From: a bacterium
Lineage (GTDB): Bacteria; Patescibacteriota; Patescibacteriia; SG8-24
Direction of reading: 5' to 3'
Assembly (NCBI GenBank): GCA_043825985.1
Contig: JBDRRB010000018.1
Location: forward strand, 16,934 to 80,933
DNA length: 64,000 nucleotides
A program made the translations under genes and the position numbers. Position 1 is the first letter of the stretch. Each line of letters opens with the position of its first letter. Below the pieces are notes generated by a model, which did not search any database, was not told the origin of the DNA, and worked only from the letters and a program-made list of their open reading frames with translations. Below are positions 39,424-48,796 of the stretch, piece by piece.

Positions 39424-40611
39424 CTAGGCCAAAAGCGGGGCGATCCCCGGCAGGGTGTGTCCGGACAGGTACTCGAGCATCGCCCCGCCGCCGGTCGAGA
39501 CGAAGTCGACGTAGTCGGACATGCCGGTCTGCTCCAGGGCGACGATGGTCTCGCCGCCGCCGACCACGCCGAAGGCCCGACCGCTGGACCGGGCGGCGAC
39601 GATCCTGGCCAGCGACATCGTCCCGTGGCTGAACTGCGGTATCTCGAAGACGCCCATCGGACCGTTCCAGACGATCGTCCGGGCGCGCTTGATGCGGGCG
39701 GCGAAGTCACGGGTCGTCTCCGGACCGATGTCGAGGACGAACTCGTCGCGACGGACGTCGTCCACCGACGCCACGCGCGTGCGCGCTCCGGCGGACAGGG
39801 AAGACGCCGCCAGCACGTCGCTCGGCAGCACTATCTTCCGGCTGCGGACCAGCCGCCGGGCAGCCATGACCTCCTGACGCGGAACCTCGGAACGGCCGAC
39901 CGACAGTCCACGCGCCCGCAACAGGCTGTTGGCCAGCCCGCCGCCGACCAGGACCTCGTCGGCCACCTTGAGCAGCTTCTTCAGAGTCGGCAGCTTGGTC
40001 GATATCTTCGCCCCGCCGAGCAGGACAACGAACGGACTACCCGACCGCTTCAACAGGCGGTTCAGGTTATGGACCTCGGCCTCCATCAGCGAACCGGCAT
40101 AGCTGCGCAGGTACCGGGTGACGCCGACGTTCGAGGCGTGCTTACGGTGTGCGACAGCAAAGGCGTCGTCCACGTACAGGTCGGCTAGGGACGCCAGGCG
40201 ACGGGCGAAAAAGCGGTCGTTCCTCTCCTCGCCGGGATAGAAGCGGACGTTCTCGAGCAGGGCCACCTGCCCGTCCCGAAGCTTGGACAGGACATCCTCG
40301 GCACCGTGGTCGGCCGTGATGTCGGGCCGGACGAACAGGACCTTCCGCCGCAGCAGCTTCTCCAGCCGCGAGGCGACCGGCGCCAGCGACAGCCCGCGCT
40401 CGTGGCCGTCCGGACGCCCGAGATGCGAGACCAGGATCACCTTGGCCTTGCGTTCGGTCAGGTGTCCGATCGTCGGCAGCGAGGCGCGCAGCTTGGCGTC
40501 GTCGCCCGACGCGACCAGTCCGCGCGTCAGCGGCACGTTGTAGTCGACGCGCACCAGCACCCGCTTTCCGGCCAGATGCGGCAGCTCGCCCAGTCCCTTG
40601 ATCCTCCTCAT
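39424..40611 (-). CDS. pgk: Phosphoglycerate kinase
   Basis: RVDYNVP, SHLGRP, LLENVRF, WNGPMGVFE, STGGGA. Confidence 0.97.
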   Translation of the reverse strand: MRRIKGLGELPHLAGKRVLVRVDYNVPLTRGLVASGDDAKLRASLPTIGHLTERKAKVILVSHLGRPDGHERGLSLAPVASRLEKLLRRKVLFVRPDITADHGAEDVLSKLRDGQVALLENVRFYPGEERNDRFFARRLASLADLYVDDAFAVAHRKHASNVGVTRYLRSYAGSLMEAEVHNLNRLLKRSGSPFVVLLGGAKISTKLPTLKKLLKVADEVLVGGGLANSLLRARGLSVGRSEVPRQEVMAARRLVRSRKIVLPSDVLAASSLSAGARTRVASVDDVRRDEFVLDIGPETTRDFAARIKRARTIVWNGPMGVFEIPQFSHGTMSLARIVAARSSGRAFGVVGGGETIVALEQTGMSDYVDFVSTGGGAMLEYLSGHTLPGIAPLLA

Positions 40612-40696
40612 AGTACGATGACGAAACGGATTTACTGTCTGCAGTATAACATCCCGGCGACGAAGCCGCCGCACAAAAAATTTTTCCGGAAGAAAT

Positions 40697-41590
40697 TTAG
40701 TACGCGATGTCGAGCAATACGATCTCCGGCGGGTCGAGCAGGCGGGCCCGAACGGTCGACTCGCCGACGCCGGACGTGATGAACAGGTCCATCGGTCCGT
40801 ACGGGAACAGGCCCCGGTCGTAGCGCTGGTCGATGAGGATCGGCAGCGGCACGACCGGACCGACGAACGGCAGCCGCACCTGCCCGCCGTGCGTATGCCC
40901 GGACAGCATCAGGTCGACGCCGTAGTACTCGGCCTGGTTGGCCGGGTCAGGATTGTGGACCGCCAAAATGACGGCCGCATCCTCCGGCAGTCCGCGGAAG
41001 GCCTCCCTCCAGTCGGGAGTCCCGTACCAGATGTCGTCCAGCCCGACCAGAAACGGACCGTCGTCGCCGAGCCGGACCGACTCGTTGGTCAGCACCTCGA
41101 CGCTCTGTCCCTCGACCGCCCGCCGGACGTCGACCGCACCGACGCGATAGTCGGTGTTGCCCAGAACGGCAAAGGTCCCGTAGCGGCTCCGCAGCGACCG
41201 AAAGGGAAAGAGGTCGCCCAGGCCGTCCTCACCGTCGGCGATGTCCCCCAGGACCAGCACGGCGTCCGGCTCCAGCCCGTTGATCCTCTCGACCACCCGA
41301 CGCAGCCAGTCAGCATGGCGGTAAAGCCCGAGATGACTGTCGGAGATGATGGCCAGCGAGAGATGCGAGTCTCCCGGACCGACCGTCACGGCCTGCCGCC
41401 GGACGACCAGCCGATGCGTCTCGACCAGGCTGGCGTAGCCGACCACCAGCCAGACCAGAACAAGAAAAAACGCCAGACCGGCATGCAGCCCGCGGGAAAA
41501 CAGTCCGGACCAGCGGTAGTGCAGCCAGGTCAGGTAGAGCGGAACCGCCGCCAGGAGCAGCGCGATGGTCAGGTCAAACCAAAATGACAT
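40697..41590 (-). CDS. Membrane-bound metallophosphoesterase (YkuE-like)
   Basis: SDSHLG, LGD, VLGNTD, HNPD, SGHTHGGQ. Confidence 0.88.
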   Translation of the reverse strand: MSFWFDLTIALLLAAVPLYLTWLHYRWSGLFSRGLHAGLAFFLVLVWLVVGYASLVETHRLVVRRQAVTVGPGDSHLSLAIISDSHLGLYRHADWLRRVVERINGLEPDAVLVLGDIADGEDGLGDLFPFRSLRSRYGTFAVLGNTDYRVGAVDVRRAVEGQSVEVLTNESVRLGDDGPFLVGLDDIWYGTPDWREAFRGLPEDAAVILAVHNPDPANQAEYYGVDLMLSGHTHGGQVRLPFVGPVVPLPILIDQRYDRGLFPYGPMDLFITSGVGESTVRARLLDPPEIVLLDIAY

Positions 41591-41629
41591 GTCGGTCGTG
41601 ATCCTTCGGTCAGCGTTTAGAGATTGGCG

Positions 41630-42637
41630 TCAGAGAGTCCGGCCGATCTGCTCGGCCATCTCGGCCAGGCGCATCGAATAGCCCCATTCGTTGTCGTACC
41701 AGGCCACGACCTTCACGAAGTCGCCGCCGACGACCTTGGTCAGCGACAGGTCGACGATGGCCGAATGCGGATTGCCGATGAAGTCGGACGAGACCAGCGG
41801 CTCGTCGGTGACGTCGACAATGCCCCGATAGCGAATCCCCTTGGTCGCCTTGTGCAGCGTGTCGTTGACCTCGTCGACCGTGACCTTGCGCTTGAGAAGG
41901 AAGGTGAAGTCGGACAGCGACACCACCTGGGTCGGCACGCGAATCGCCATGCCGTCGAACATGCCCTTCAGCTCTGGAATGACTTCCGTGGTGGCGATGG
42001 CCGCACCGGTAGTGGTCGGAACGATGTTGGCCGCCGCAGCCCGGGCCCGACGCAGGTCCTTATGCGGACCGTCCTGCAGATTCTGGTCGGCGGTGTAGCT
42101 GTGGACCGTGGTCATGAGCGCCCGCCGCACCCCGAACGAGTTGTGCATGATCTCGGCCACCGGCGCGATGCAGTTGGTGGTGCAGGAGGCGTTGTTCGTG
42201 ACCTTGGCCCGCGGCTTGCCGCCGTCGTTCACCCCGATGACGTGGGTCGGGACGTTGCCGCCCTTGGCCGGAGCGGAGATGATGACGTGCCGCGCCCCGG
42301 CGGTCAGGTGCTGGCTGGCCAGTTCCTCGGTGCAGAACCGCCCGGTGCACTCGAGCACGATGTCGATCTTGTCCTTGGCCCACGGCAGTTTGGTTGGATC
42401 CTTTTCCTGATAGACCCGCACTCTCTTGCCGCCGACGATCAGGCTGGTCGAATCGGACTCGACCTTCCGATCGTACTGGCCGTAGACCGTATCGTACCTG
42501 AGCAGATGGGCCAGCGTGTCGGTGTCGGTCAGGTCATTGATGGCCACGAACTGCAGTGACTTGAGACGGCCGAAGGCGGCCTTGAATGTATTGCGTCCGA
42601 TGCGTCCGAAACCGTTGATGGCGACTCTGATGGGCAT
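41630..42637 (-). CDS. gap: Glyceraldehyde-3-phosphate dehydrogenase
   Basis: INGFGRIGR, NASCTTNC, WYDNEWGY. Confidence 0.98.
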   Translation of the reverse strand: MPIRVAINGFGRIGRNTFKAAFGRLKSLQFVAINDLTDTDTLAHLLRYDTVYGQYDRKVESDSTSLIVGGKRVRVYQEKDPTKLPWAKDKIDIVLECTGRFCTEELASQHLTAGARHVIISAPAKGGNVPTHVIGVNDGGKPRAKVTNNASCTTNCIAPVAEIMHNSFGVRRALMTTVHSYTADQNLQDGPHKDLRRARAAAANIVPTTTGAAIATTEVIPELKGMFDGMAIRVPTQVVSLSDFTFLLKRKVTVDEVNDTLHKATKGIRYRGIVDVTDEPLVSSDFIGNPHSAIVDLSLTKVVGGDFVKVVAWYDNEWGYSMRLAEMAEQIGRTL

Positions 42638-43151
42638 AGCCGAATTACGTTAGGGCATTTCTTCTCCTTATTTGCCGCTTGATTATACAACAAAAAAGAG
42701 CGCGGAACACGCTCTACGAAAAGGAACTCGTCTCTATCGTTCAACAACGGCAGCGCTGGCTGAGGTGCAGCCGACGATAGGCCTGATCAGCCAGCGGACA
42801 GAACAACCCAGGATTCAGTTCGGAAGTGGCATCCAAACCGAGCCATTCGGTTCAAACATCCACTGATTCATGATGTTCACCAACTCACCACGGTCTGAGG
42901 GTACGACCTTGAAAAAGTTGTGAACGAGCTGAACATAACGACGGGACTCGGGATCGGTGTGGGAAATGTCATCGAAAACCATTTCCTCGCCACAGCTCAG
43001 CACATCACCGGCCAACAGGCTCGAACTGACCAGCCCGGACATGAAGCCAGACACCGTTTCGACCAGGGTATCGCCCTTTGTGACCGGAATGCCAGGGAAA
43101 GAAAGTTAAAGTAGCCTCCTGAAAAAATCTAATAACAAAAAAATTTATTTC

Positions 43152-43280
43152 ATATAACGTTCCAGAATATGCGATGTTTGGCAGTGGTAAAATTTGGAGC
43201 GGAGCGACATACCACTGCCAAATATGAGAGAGCGAACGGAGCGATAGCGGAGTGAGTGAACCAGTTATTCATTGTTAAGT
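43152..43280 (-). other. attC-like recombination site 1
   Basis: Minus strand ACTTAAC ... GTTATAT with internal stem tttggcagtggta/taccactgccaaa; lies right after the cassette ORF stop. Confidence 0.75.
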
Positions 43281-43288
43281 GATGTGAT

Positions 43289-43765
43289 TTAAATTTTCTC
43301 CATCATTTTCTCAACTGTTTCTTCAACTGTCAGATCGGTATTGTCAATTTCATGACCTGCTTGAATTTTTGTAGTAACCATGTGCACGAATCGAGCAGAA
43401 TCTTCACCGTAAACTTTTTTCCTTTTGGAATCCCTCTCGATACATTTATCTACGTGGCTGGTTAGAGTGAAAATTTCTACATCATTATCAAATTTTTCCA
43501 CTAAATCATCAATTTGTTCTTGATAGTAGAAACACCCATCAATAATAAAGGAATTTTCACTCTTCTTTGCTAAATCGAGGATGATTTGATTTGCTTTTAA
43601 GTAGCTCTCGAGAGGGATTCCATCTGAATTAGCTGGAACCAGTTTGTTATCATCAACAATTTGATCTAGTGATAAATATTCTAGGTGAAGATTCTGCGAC
43701 AACAGTTGAGAAACAGTTGTTTTGCCAACACCTAATGGACCTCTGATTATTATTAGTTTTTTCAT
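43289..43765 (-). CDS. Cassette gene: P-loop nucleotide kinase-like (AAA_33/AAA_18)
   Basis: IIRGPLGVGKTT Walker A, IIDG, CIERDSKR; AT-rich. Confidence 0.8.
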   Translation of the reverse strand: MKKLIIIRGPLGVGKTTVSQLLSQNLHLEYLSLDQIVDDNKLVPANSDGIPLESYLKANQIILDLAKKSENSFIIDGCFYYQEQIDDLVEKFDNDVEIFTLTSHVDKCIERDSKRKKVYGEDSARFVHMVTTKIQAGHEIDNTDLTVEETVEKMMEKI

Positions 43766-43788
43766 AGACTGAAAAATTAAATCATTTC

Positions 43789-43892
43789 ACATAACGTTGG
43801 GCTTATGCGAAGTTCAAAATTTGAGGCAACCCACAAATTTTGAATTTGGGAAACCGAAGTGCAACGAGGTTTCCGCATAAGCCCTGTTATGT
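43789..43892 (-). other. attC-like recombination site 2
   Basis: Minus strand ACATAAC-agggc-TTATGCG...CGCATAA-gcccaac-GTTATGT. Confidence 0.8.
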
Positions 43893-43971
43893 GCCCCGAG
43901 CGTAACGCAGTGAAGCGAGAGTGCAACGTGGTCGACCGACTGAAAGGAGGGAGAAGTTAGGGTGGCGGACA

Positions 43972-44283
43972 TCATTCAATGAATCCATCTCTCTTCAGCT
44001 TCTCAAGTGAATTATTGATGGATTCTTCTAATTCTTTATCTGCTTTGTAATAAGCACATATTTGGAGGGCTGAACGTAAGACATCTTGAATCTCTTTGGC
44101 GAGCTTCTTTTTGTCTGGTTCTCCATGCTTATCTTTTTTAACTCCGGTATTCTCAAAATGATTTACTTCACTAGCAAGCTCGCCACATTCTTCAACGAGT
44201 CGTGTGATTATTTGAAAAGGATCTTTGCCATTCGGAAACTTCTTATCTAATCCCGCGTTAATTTTTATAACTTTGTCTAACAT
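43972..44283 (-). CDS. Cassette gene: MazG-like NTP pyrophosphohydrolase
   Basis: RLVEECGELASEV...LAKEIQDVL (EExxE..ExxD); AT-rich. Confidence 0.8.
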   Translation of the reverse strand: MLDKVIKINAGLDKKFPNGKDPFQIITRLVEECGELASEVNHFENTGVKKDKHGEPDKKKLAKEIQDVLRSALQICAYYKADKELEESINNSLEKLKRDGFIE

Positions 44284-44338
44284 ATTTGTTGTGAAGCCCT
44301 CCAAATATTTAAAGATGATGTAATTGTCCGCCACCCTA

Positions 44339-44367
44339 ATTGCACATAACTAGTTTTTATCCGAACT
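44339..44367 (-). other. attI-like / dif-like insertion site
   Basis: Minus strand AGTTCGGATAA-AAACTAG-TTATGTGCAAT, with no attC hairpin upstream. Confidence 0.6.
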
Positions 44368-44483
44368 TTGTATTCCAAGTGTGATAAATTCTTGTTTGTT
44401 ATACAAACTTTTTTAAAAAAGCCGAACTCTCGAGGTTGAGAAAACAATAGTAAGGTTTAAACCGGAATCCGGTTCAATCGTTT

Positions 44484-44561
44484 CTGGATCCCGGATCTCC
44501 TTCCCTCCGGTCAGTCGTCCGGGATGACAGGCTAGGGGGCTGGTCAGTCGTCCGGGATGAC
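44484..44561 (+). repeat. REP-like element (GGATCCCGG...CCGGGATGAC) with a direct duplication
   Basis: ggtcagtcgtccgggatgaca occurs twice. Confidence 0.6.
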
Positions 44562-44613
44562 AATAACTGTTGTCATGGCAAGCAGAAAAAGCAGCAGTGA
44601 TCAGAAAAACAAG

Positions 44614-44735
44614 CAGCCCTTGGACGGGAGGCGATGTACCGATCGAAAAACAAAGCAGGCCACAGATTGGACCCACCTCCACCAAGACTTCGGTGGGCAG
44701 GTGAAGTGTGTCCTAACCGGTCCCGGAAAATGAAA
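44614..44735 (+). repeat. Two 5'-arm repeats preceding hairpin copy B
   Basis: cagcccttggacgggaggcgatgtacc; gcaggccacagattgga[insert]tgaagtgtgtcc. Confidence 0.7.
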
Positions 44736-44856
44736 CAGCCCTTGGACGGGATGCGATGTGCCTGCTTGGAGGAAATCGTACGACGAGGCGTACTAGTGCA
44801 ATACGTCGAGTAAACGATTTCCGAAAGCTGGTGCAGCGCGCCCGATCCAAGGGCTG
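44736..44856 (+). ncRNA. Structured dispersed repeat / candidate ncRNA, copy B
   Basis: Closing stem cagcccttgga...tccaagggctg; same internal architecture as A, C and D. Confidence 0.65.
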
Positions 44857-44871
44857 CCATTCCTTGACGGT

Positions 44872-45459
44872 CTAGAGAGCGAAACGAATGAAGCGTCTAA
44901 TCTGCATGTTCTCGCCGATCTTGGCGATATTGTTCTTGAGATGGTCCTGGACGGTCAGGTCCTCGTCCTTGATGAACCGCTGATTAAGCAGACAGACATC
45001 CTGACGGTACTTATCCAACTTACCCTCGACGATCTTGGCGATGACGTCGGCCGGCTTGCCGGAACCGGCGAACTCCTCGGCTGCCAGCTCGCGTTCCTTC
45101 TCCAGGACGTCGGCCGGTATGTCGTCCGCGGTCAGGTACAGCGGATTGGCCGCCGCAACGTGCATAGCCAGGTCATGAACGAATTCCTTGAACTGCTCGT
45201 TGAGAGCGACAAAATCCGTCTCACACAGCACCTCGACCATGGCGCCGACCTTGCCCGTACCATGAATGTAGGCATGAACCAGCCCTTCCTTGACCTCGCG
45301 GTCGCCTTTCTTGTCGGCCTTGGCGATGCCCTTCTTGCGGAGGATGTCCGCCGCCTTGTCGATGTCTCCGCCGGCCTCGTCGAGGGCGGTCTTGCAGTCG
45401 ACCATGCCGGCGTTGGTGCGGGCACGGAGTTCGGCGATGGTCCTGGTGTCAACGGCCAT
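44872..45459 (-). CDS. tsf: Elongation factor Ts (short form)
   Basis: LRARTNAGMVDCKTAL, EVLCETDFVA, IVEGKL. Confidence 0.97.
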   Translation of the reverse strand: MAVDTRTIAELRARTNAGMVDCKTALDEAGGDIDKAADILRKKGIAKADKKGDREVKEGLVHAYIHGTGKVGAMVEVLCETDFVALNEQFKEFVHDLAMHVAAANPLYLTADDIPADVLEKERELAAEEFAGSGKPADVIAKIVEGKLDKYRQDVCLLNQRFIKDEDLTVQDHLKNNIAKIGENMQIRRFIRFAL

Positions 45460-45537
45460 AGAGTTGTTTTGGCTAGGGTTGAAAAGACGATTCTAGAAAT
45501 CGAACGCGGCCGGAAGCCTCGGCCGAAAACGGACCGG

Positions 45538-46284
45538 CTAGGCCTGCGACGGCTCGGCGGCGACAGCGGCCGGGGCCGGCTGGCGCGCGGCGACCGGATG
45601 GGCCTGGCCCTCCTTGATCGCGTCGGCGAACAGCTTGACGAACATGTTCACGGTCTTGACCGCGTCGTCGTTGGCCGGAATGCCGTAGGCGATGTCGTCC
45701 GGATTGACGTTGGTGTCGAGCAGGGCGAAGACCGGCACGCCGACGCTGTTCGCCTCGCGCAGGGCGGTCTTCTCCTTCTTGGTGTCGATGATGATGATCG
45801 CGTCCGGCAGCTTCTTCATGTTCTTGATGCCGCCGACCTTGCGCTCGAGCTCCTCGATCTCGCGCAGGAACACGACCTGCTCCTTCTTGGTGTACTTCCG
45901 CGCCAGGACGCCGCTCTCCTGCTTGTCCTTCAGGTCGTGGTAGCGCCGGATCTGGCCGGAGACCTCGCTGAAATTGGTGAACGTGCCGCCCAGCCAGCGG
46001 TTGGTGACGTACGGCATGCCGCATTCCTCGGCGTTGCGGCGCACGGTCTCGCTGACCTGCTTCTTGGTGCCGACGAACAGGACGGTGCCGCCGCGGGAGA
46101 CGATCTCCTGCAGCTTGCCGAGGACGGCCTTCGTCATGGACAGCGTCCGGTCGAGGTCGATTATGTTAATGCCGCTCCGTTCGCCGAAGATGTACGGCTT
46201 CATCTTGGGGTGGCGCCGCGCGGTCTTGTGACCGAAGTGGACGCCGGCCTGGAGCAGCTCCAGCATCGAGGGTAACTTAGGCAT
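45538..46284 (-). CDS. rpsB: 30S ribosomal protein S2
   Basis: LLQAGVHFGH, FVGTKKQ, RWLGGTFTN, IPANDDA. Confidence 0.98.
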   Translation of the reverse strand: MPKLPSMLELLQAGVHFGHKTARRHPKMKPYIFGERSGINIIDLDRTLSMTKAVLGKLQEIVSRGGTVLFVGTKKQVSETVRRNAEECGMPYVTNRWLGGTFTNFSEVSGQIRRYHDLKDKQESGVLARKYTKKEQVVFLREIEELERKVGGIKNMKKLPDAIIIIDTKKEKTALREANSVGVPVFALLDTNVNPDDIAYGIPANDDAVKTVNMFVKLFADAIKEGQAHPVAARQPAPAAVAAEPSQA

Positions 46285-46300
46285 ATCTATACTCCTTATA

Positions 46301-46375
46301 ACCTCTACGCCACCGCGGCCGAATCCCCCGGCTGAGCCGAAGGACAGGGACGGACGCGTTACCGTGACGTATGAG
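46301..46375 (-). promoter_or_regulatory. S2 (rpsB) leader RNA
   Basis: Minus strand CATACGTCACGG...CCGCGGTGGCGTAGAGG stem directly upstream of rpsB. Confidence 0.5.
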
Positions 46376-46537
46376 AGATGACTTTAGAAGCCCCTTATTG
46401 GGGCCGATCCGACTGGCGGATGCGGAAATAGGCTACAACAAAAGGCAAAAACAGGCAAGAGCCGACCCCAGCCGGCCGTTCGGGGCCCTCCAGCCGCCGA
46501 ACGGAAAACCGAACTGACGGTGGCACGGGTCCGGGGC

Positions 46538-46566
46538 TTGCACTTTTGCCTGACCGGTGCTAATCT
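46538..46566 (+). promoter_or_regulatory. Sigma70-type promoter of the rpmE-prfA operon
   Basis: TTGCAC-17-TAATCT with extended TG. Confidence 0.6.
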
Positions 46567-46596
46567 CCCACCGTCAAAGAGGCCAAACCATCATAT

Positions 46597-46875
46597 ATGA
46601 AGAAAGGCATCCACCCAACCTACTATCCGGAAGCTAAGGTCGTCTGCGCCTGCGGGAACACCTTCACGGTCGGCGCGACGGTCAAGGAAATCGACGTCGA
46701 GCTCTGCTCCGAGTGCCATCCGTTCTATACCGGCAAGCAGAAGCTGGTCGACACGGCCCGTCGGGTCGAGAAGTTCGAGGAGCGCGCCGCCAAGAAGTCG
46801 ACCGCAGCGGTCGCCGGCAAGAAGGCGAAGACCGCCCGGCGCAAGGCCAGCACCAAAAAGGAGGAGGAGAACTAA
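46597..46875 (+). CDS. rpmE: 50S ribosomal protein L31 (zinc-binding type)
   Basis: [22 protein letters not shown]. Confidence 0.97.
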   Translation: MKKGIHPTYYPEAKVVCACGNTFTVGATVKEIDVELCSECHPFYTGKQKLVDTARRVEKFEERAAKKSTAAVAGKKAKTARRKASTKKEEEN

Positions 46876-46958
46876 GGAACACGAAACCAACGCGGGACTG
46901 CATCCATGGGCACCGAAAGCGCGTATCCATGGCCAGCATGCCCGCGTTGTGCGTTGAT

Positions 46959-48017
46959 ATGGACTTCGAAGCGGCACTAATCGCCAAGCGGACCAGGGTC
47001 TCGGAGCTCGAGGCCCAGCTTGCCGACCAGTCGATCTTCTCCGACCAGAAGCGGCTGGAGGAGGTCAACCGCGAATACGGCGCGGCCAAGGAGTGCCTGG
47101 AGATCGGCGGACGCTATGAGCGGACCAGGGACGCGCTCGACGAGGCCCGGACCACGGCGGCGGAATCGGACGACGACGAGATGCGCCAGCTGGCCGAGGG
47201 AGAGGCAGTCCGTCTGGCCGACGAGCTGGCCGCGGTCGAGACAGAACTGGCCGCCGCGCTGGTGCCGCCGGGACCGCTGGACGGAAAGAACGTCTACCTG
47301 GAAATCCGCGCCGGGACCGGAGGCGACGAGGCGGCGCTGTTCGCCGCCGAGCTGTTCCGCATGTACGTCCGCTACGCCGAACGGCGCGGCTGGCGGGTAA
47401 AGACCGTCTCGATCAACCGGACCGAGCTGGGCGGACTGAAGGAGGGCGTCATGCTGATCGACGGAGACAGCGTCTACCGGCAGCTGAAGTTCGAGAGCGG
47501 CGTCCATCGCGTCCAGCGCGTGACCGAAACCGAAAAGGCCGGCCGGATACACACCTCGGCCGCCACGGTCGCGGTCATGCCCGAGGCCGAGGACGTCGAC
47601 GTCAAGATCGAGGCCAAGGACCTGCGCATCGACACCTTCCTGTCCGGCGGGCACGGCGGACAGAGCGTCCAGACGACCTACTCGGCCGTCCGCATCACCC
47701 ATCTGCCGTCCGGACTGGTGGTCCAGTGCCAGGACGAGCGTTCGCAGGCCCAGAACAAGGAGCGCGCCATGGGCATCCTGCGGGCCCGCCTGCTGGCCGT
47801 CGAGGAGGAGAAGCGCCGCGCGTCCGAGGAGTCGCTGCGCCGCGGGCAGGTCGGAACGGGAGACCGGTCGGAGAAGATCCGAACCTACAACTTTCCGCAG
47901 GACCGACTGACCGACCACCGGATCAAGAAGTCATGGCACAACCTGGACGGGGTCATGGACGGCGACCTGGACCAGATCGTCAACGCCGTCCGATCCGAAC
48001 TGACCAGCCTGAACTAG
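46959..48017 (+). CDS. prfA: Peptide chain release factor 1
   Basis: [36 protein letters not shown]. Confidence 0.96.
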   Translation: MDFEAALIAKRTRVSELEAQLADQSIFSDQKRLEEVNREYGAAKECLEIGGRYERTRDALDEARTTAAESDDDEMRQLAEGEAVRLADELAAVETELAAALVPPGPLDGKNVYLEIRAGTGGDEAALFAAELFRMYVRYAERRGWRVKTVSINRTELGGLKEGVMLIDGDSVYRQLKFESGVHRVQRVTETEKAGRIHTSAATVAVMPEAEDVDVKIEAKDLRIDTFLSGGHGGQSVQTTYSAVRITHLPSGLVVQCQDERSQAQNKERAMGILRARLLAVEEEKRRASEESLRRGQVGTGDRSEKIRTYNFPQDRLTDHRIKKSWHNLDGVMDGDLDQIVNAVRSELTSLN

Positions 48018-48040
48018 AGGCCGGCGCTGCAGACAGAACG

Positions 48041-48796
48041 ATGACTTCCGCAATCACGAAAACGAAGCGGTTTCCGACGCCGAGGCAGGCGCTGCTCATG
48101 GCCGCCGGCCGGGGCAAGCGCCTCCGTCCGCTTACGGACACGGTTCCGAAGCCGATGATCGAGGTGGCCGGACACCCGATACTCGAGTGGTCCATCGCCG
48201 CCCTGCCCGCCGGAATCGAGGAGGTGGTGATCGTCGTCGGCTACCTGAAGGAGGCGATCACCGACCATTTCGGACAGGAGTGGAACGGCCGCTCGGTCCG
48301 CTACGTCGAGCAGTCCGAACTGAAGGGCACCGGCCATGTCGTCCATGTCGCCCGACCGCTGCTCGACAGCCGCTTCATGGTGCTGAACGGCGACGACCTG
48401 TATCTGCCGTCGGACCTGGAACGGCTGGCCGGATACGAGCTATCCGCGCTCGGGCTGCGGCTCGACGACAACGGAAGGTTCGGCCTACTATCGGTCGACC
48501 GGGACGGCTGGCTGACCGGCATCACCCGGGACGAGCCGCAGGGCTCGGGAGGGCTAGTCAACATCGGCGCCTACGTCATCGACCAGCGCTACTTCGACTA
48601 CGACCTGGTCCCGGTCGGCGACGGCTCGGAGTTCGGCCTGCCCCACACCATCGCCTCCATGTCGCCGGACCACAGGATCAAGGTCGTCGAGGCCGAAAGC
48701 TGGTTCCCGATCGGTTTCCCCCAGGACATCGGCCCAGCCGAGGAATGGATCAGAAAGCACCGAACTGAACCTCCGGATAAAATCAGACGAACATGA
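48041..48796 (+). CDS. Sugar-phosphate nucleotidyltransferase
   Basis: MAAGRGKRLRPLTDTVPKPM, LNGDDLY. Confidence 0.85.
   Translation: MTSAITKTKRFPTPRQALLMAAGRGKRLRPLTDTVPKPMIEVAGHPILEWSIAALPAGIEEVVIVVGYLKEAITDHFGQEWNGRSVRYVEQSELKGTGHVVHVARPLLDSRFMVLNGDDLYLPSDLERLAGYELSALGLRLDDNGRFGLLSVDRDGWLTGITRDEPQGSGGLVNIGAYVIDQRYFDYDLVPVGDGSEFGLPHTIASMSPDHRIKVVEAESWFPIGFPQDIGPAEEWIRKHRTEPPDKIRRT

Larger units (their letters stand above)
43147..44367 (-). mobile_element. Two-cassette integron-like array with no integrase in the window
   Basis: Low GC; attI-like site, cassette, attC-like, cassette, attC-like, with matching GTT core sites. Confidence 0.75.

Noticed and set aside
42815-43120. 79-aa minus-strand ORF downstream of the cassette array with a nearby GGAGG
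   Set aside because: No start codon is correctly placed after the SD and there are no motifs; possibly a remnant, but unsupported.
44339-44367. Chromosomal dif site
   Set aside because: The central region is 7 nt rather than 6 and GC skew cannot be assessed here, so it is reported only as dif-like/attI-like.
46888-46950. Hairpin caacgcggg/cccgcgttg between rpmE and prfA
   Set aside because: Single copy with no similarity to the 120-nt family; likely an ordinary intercistronic stem.
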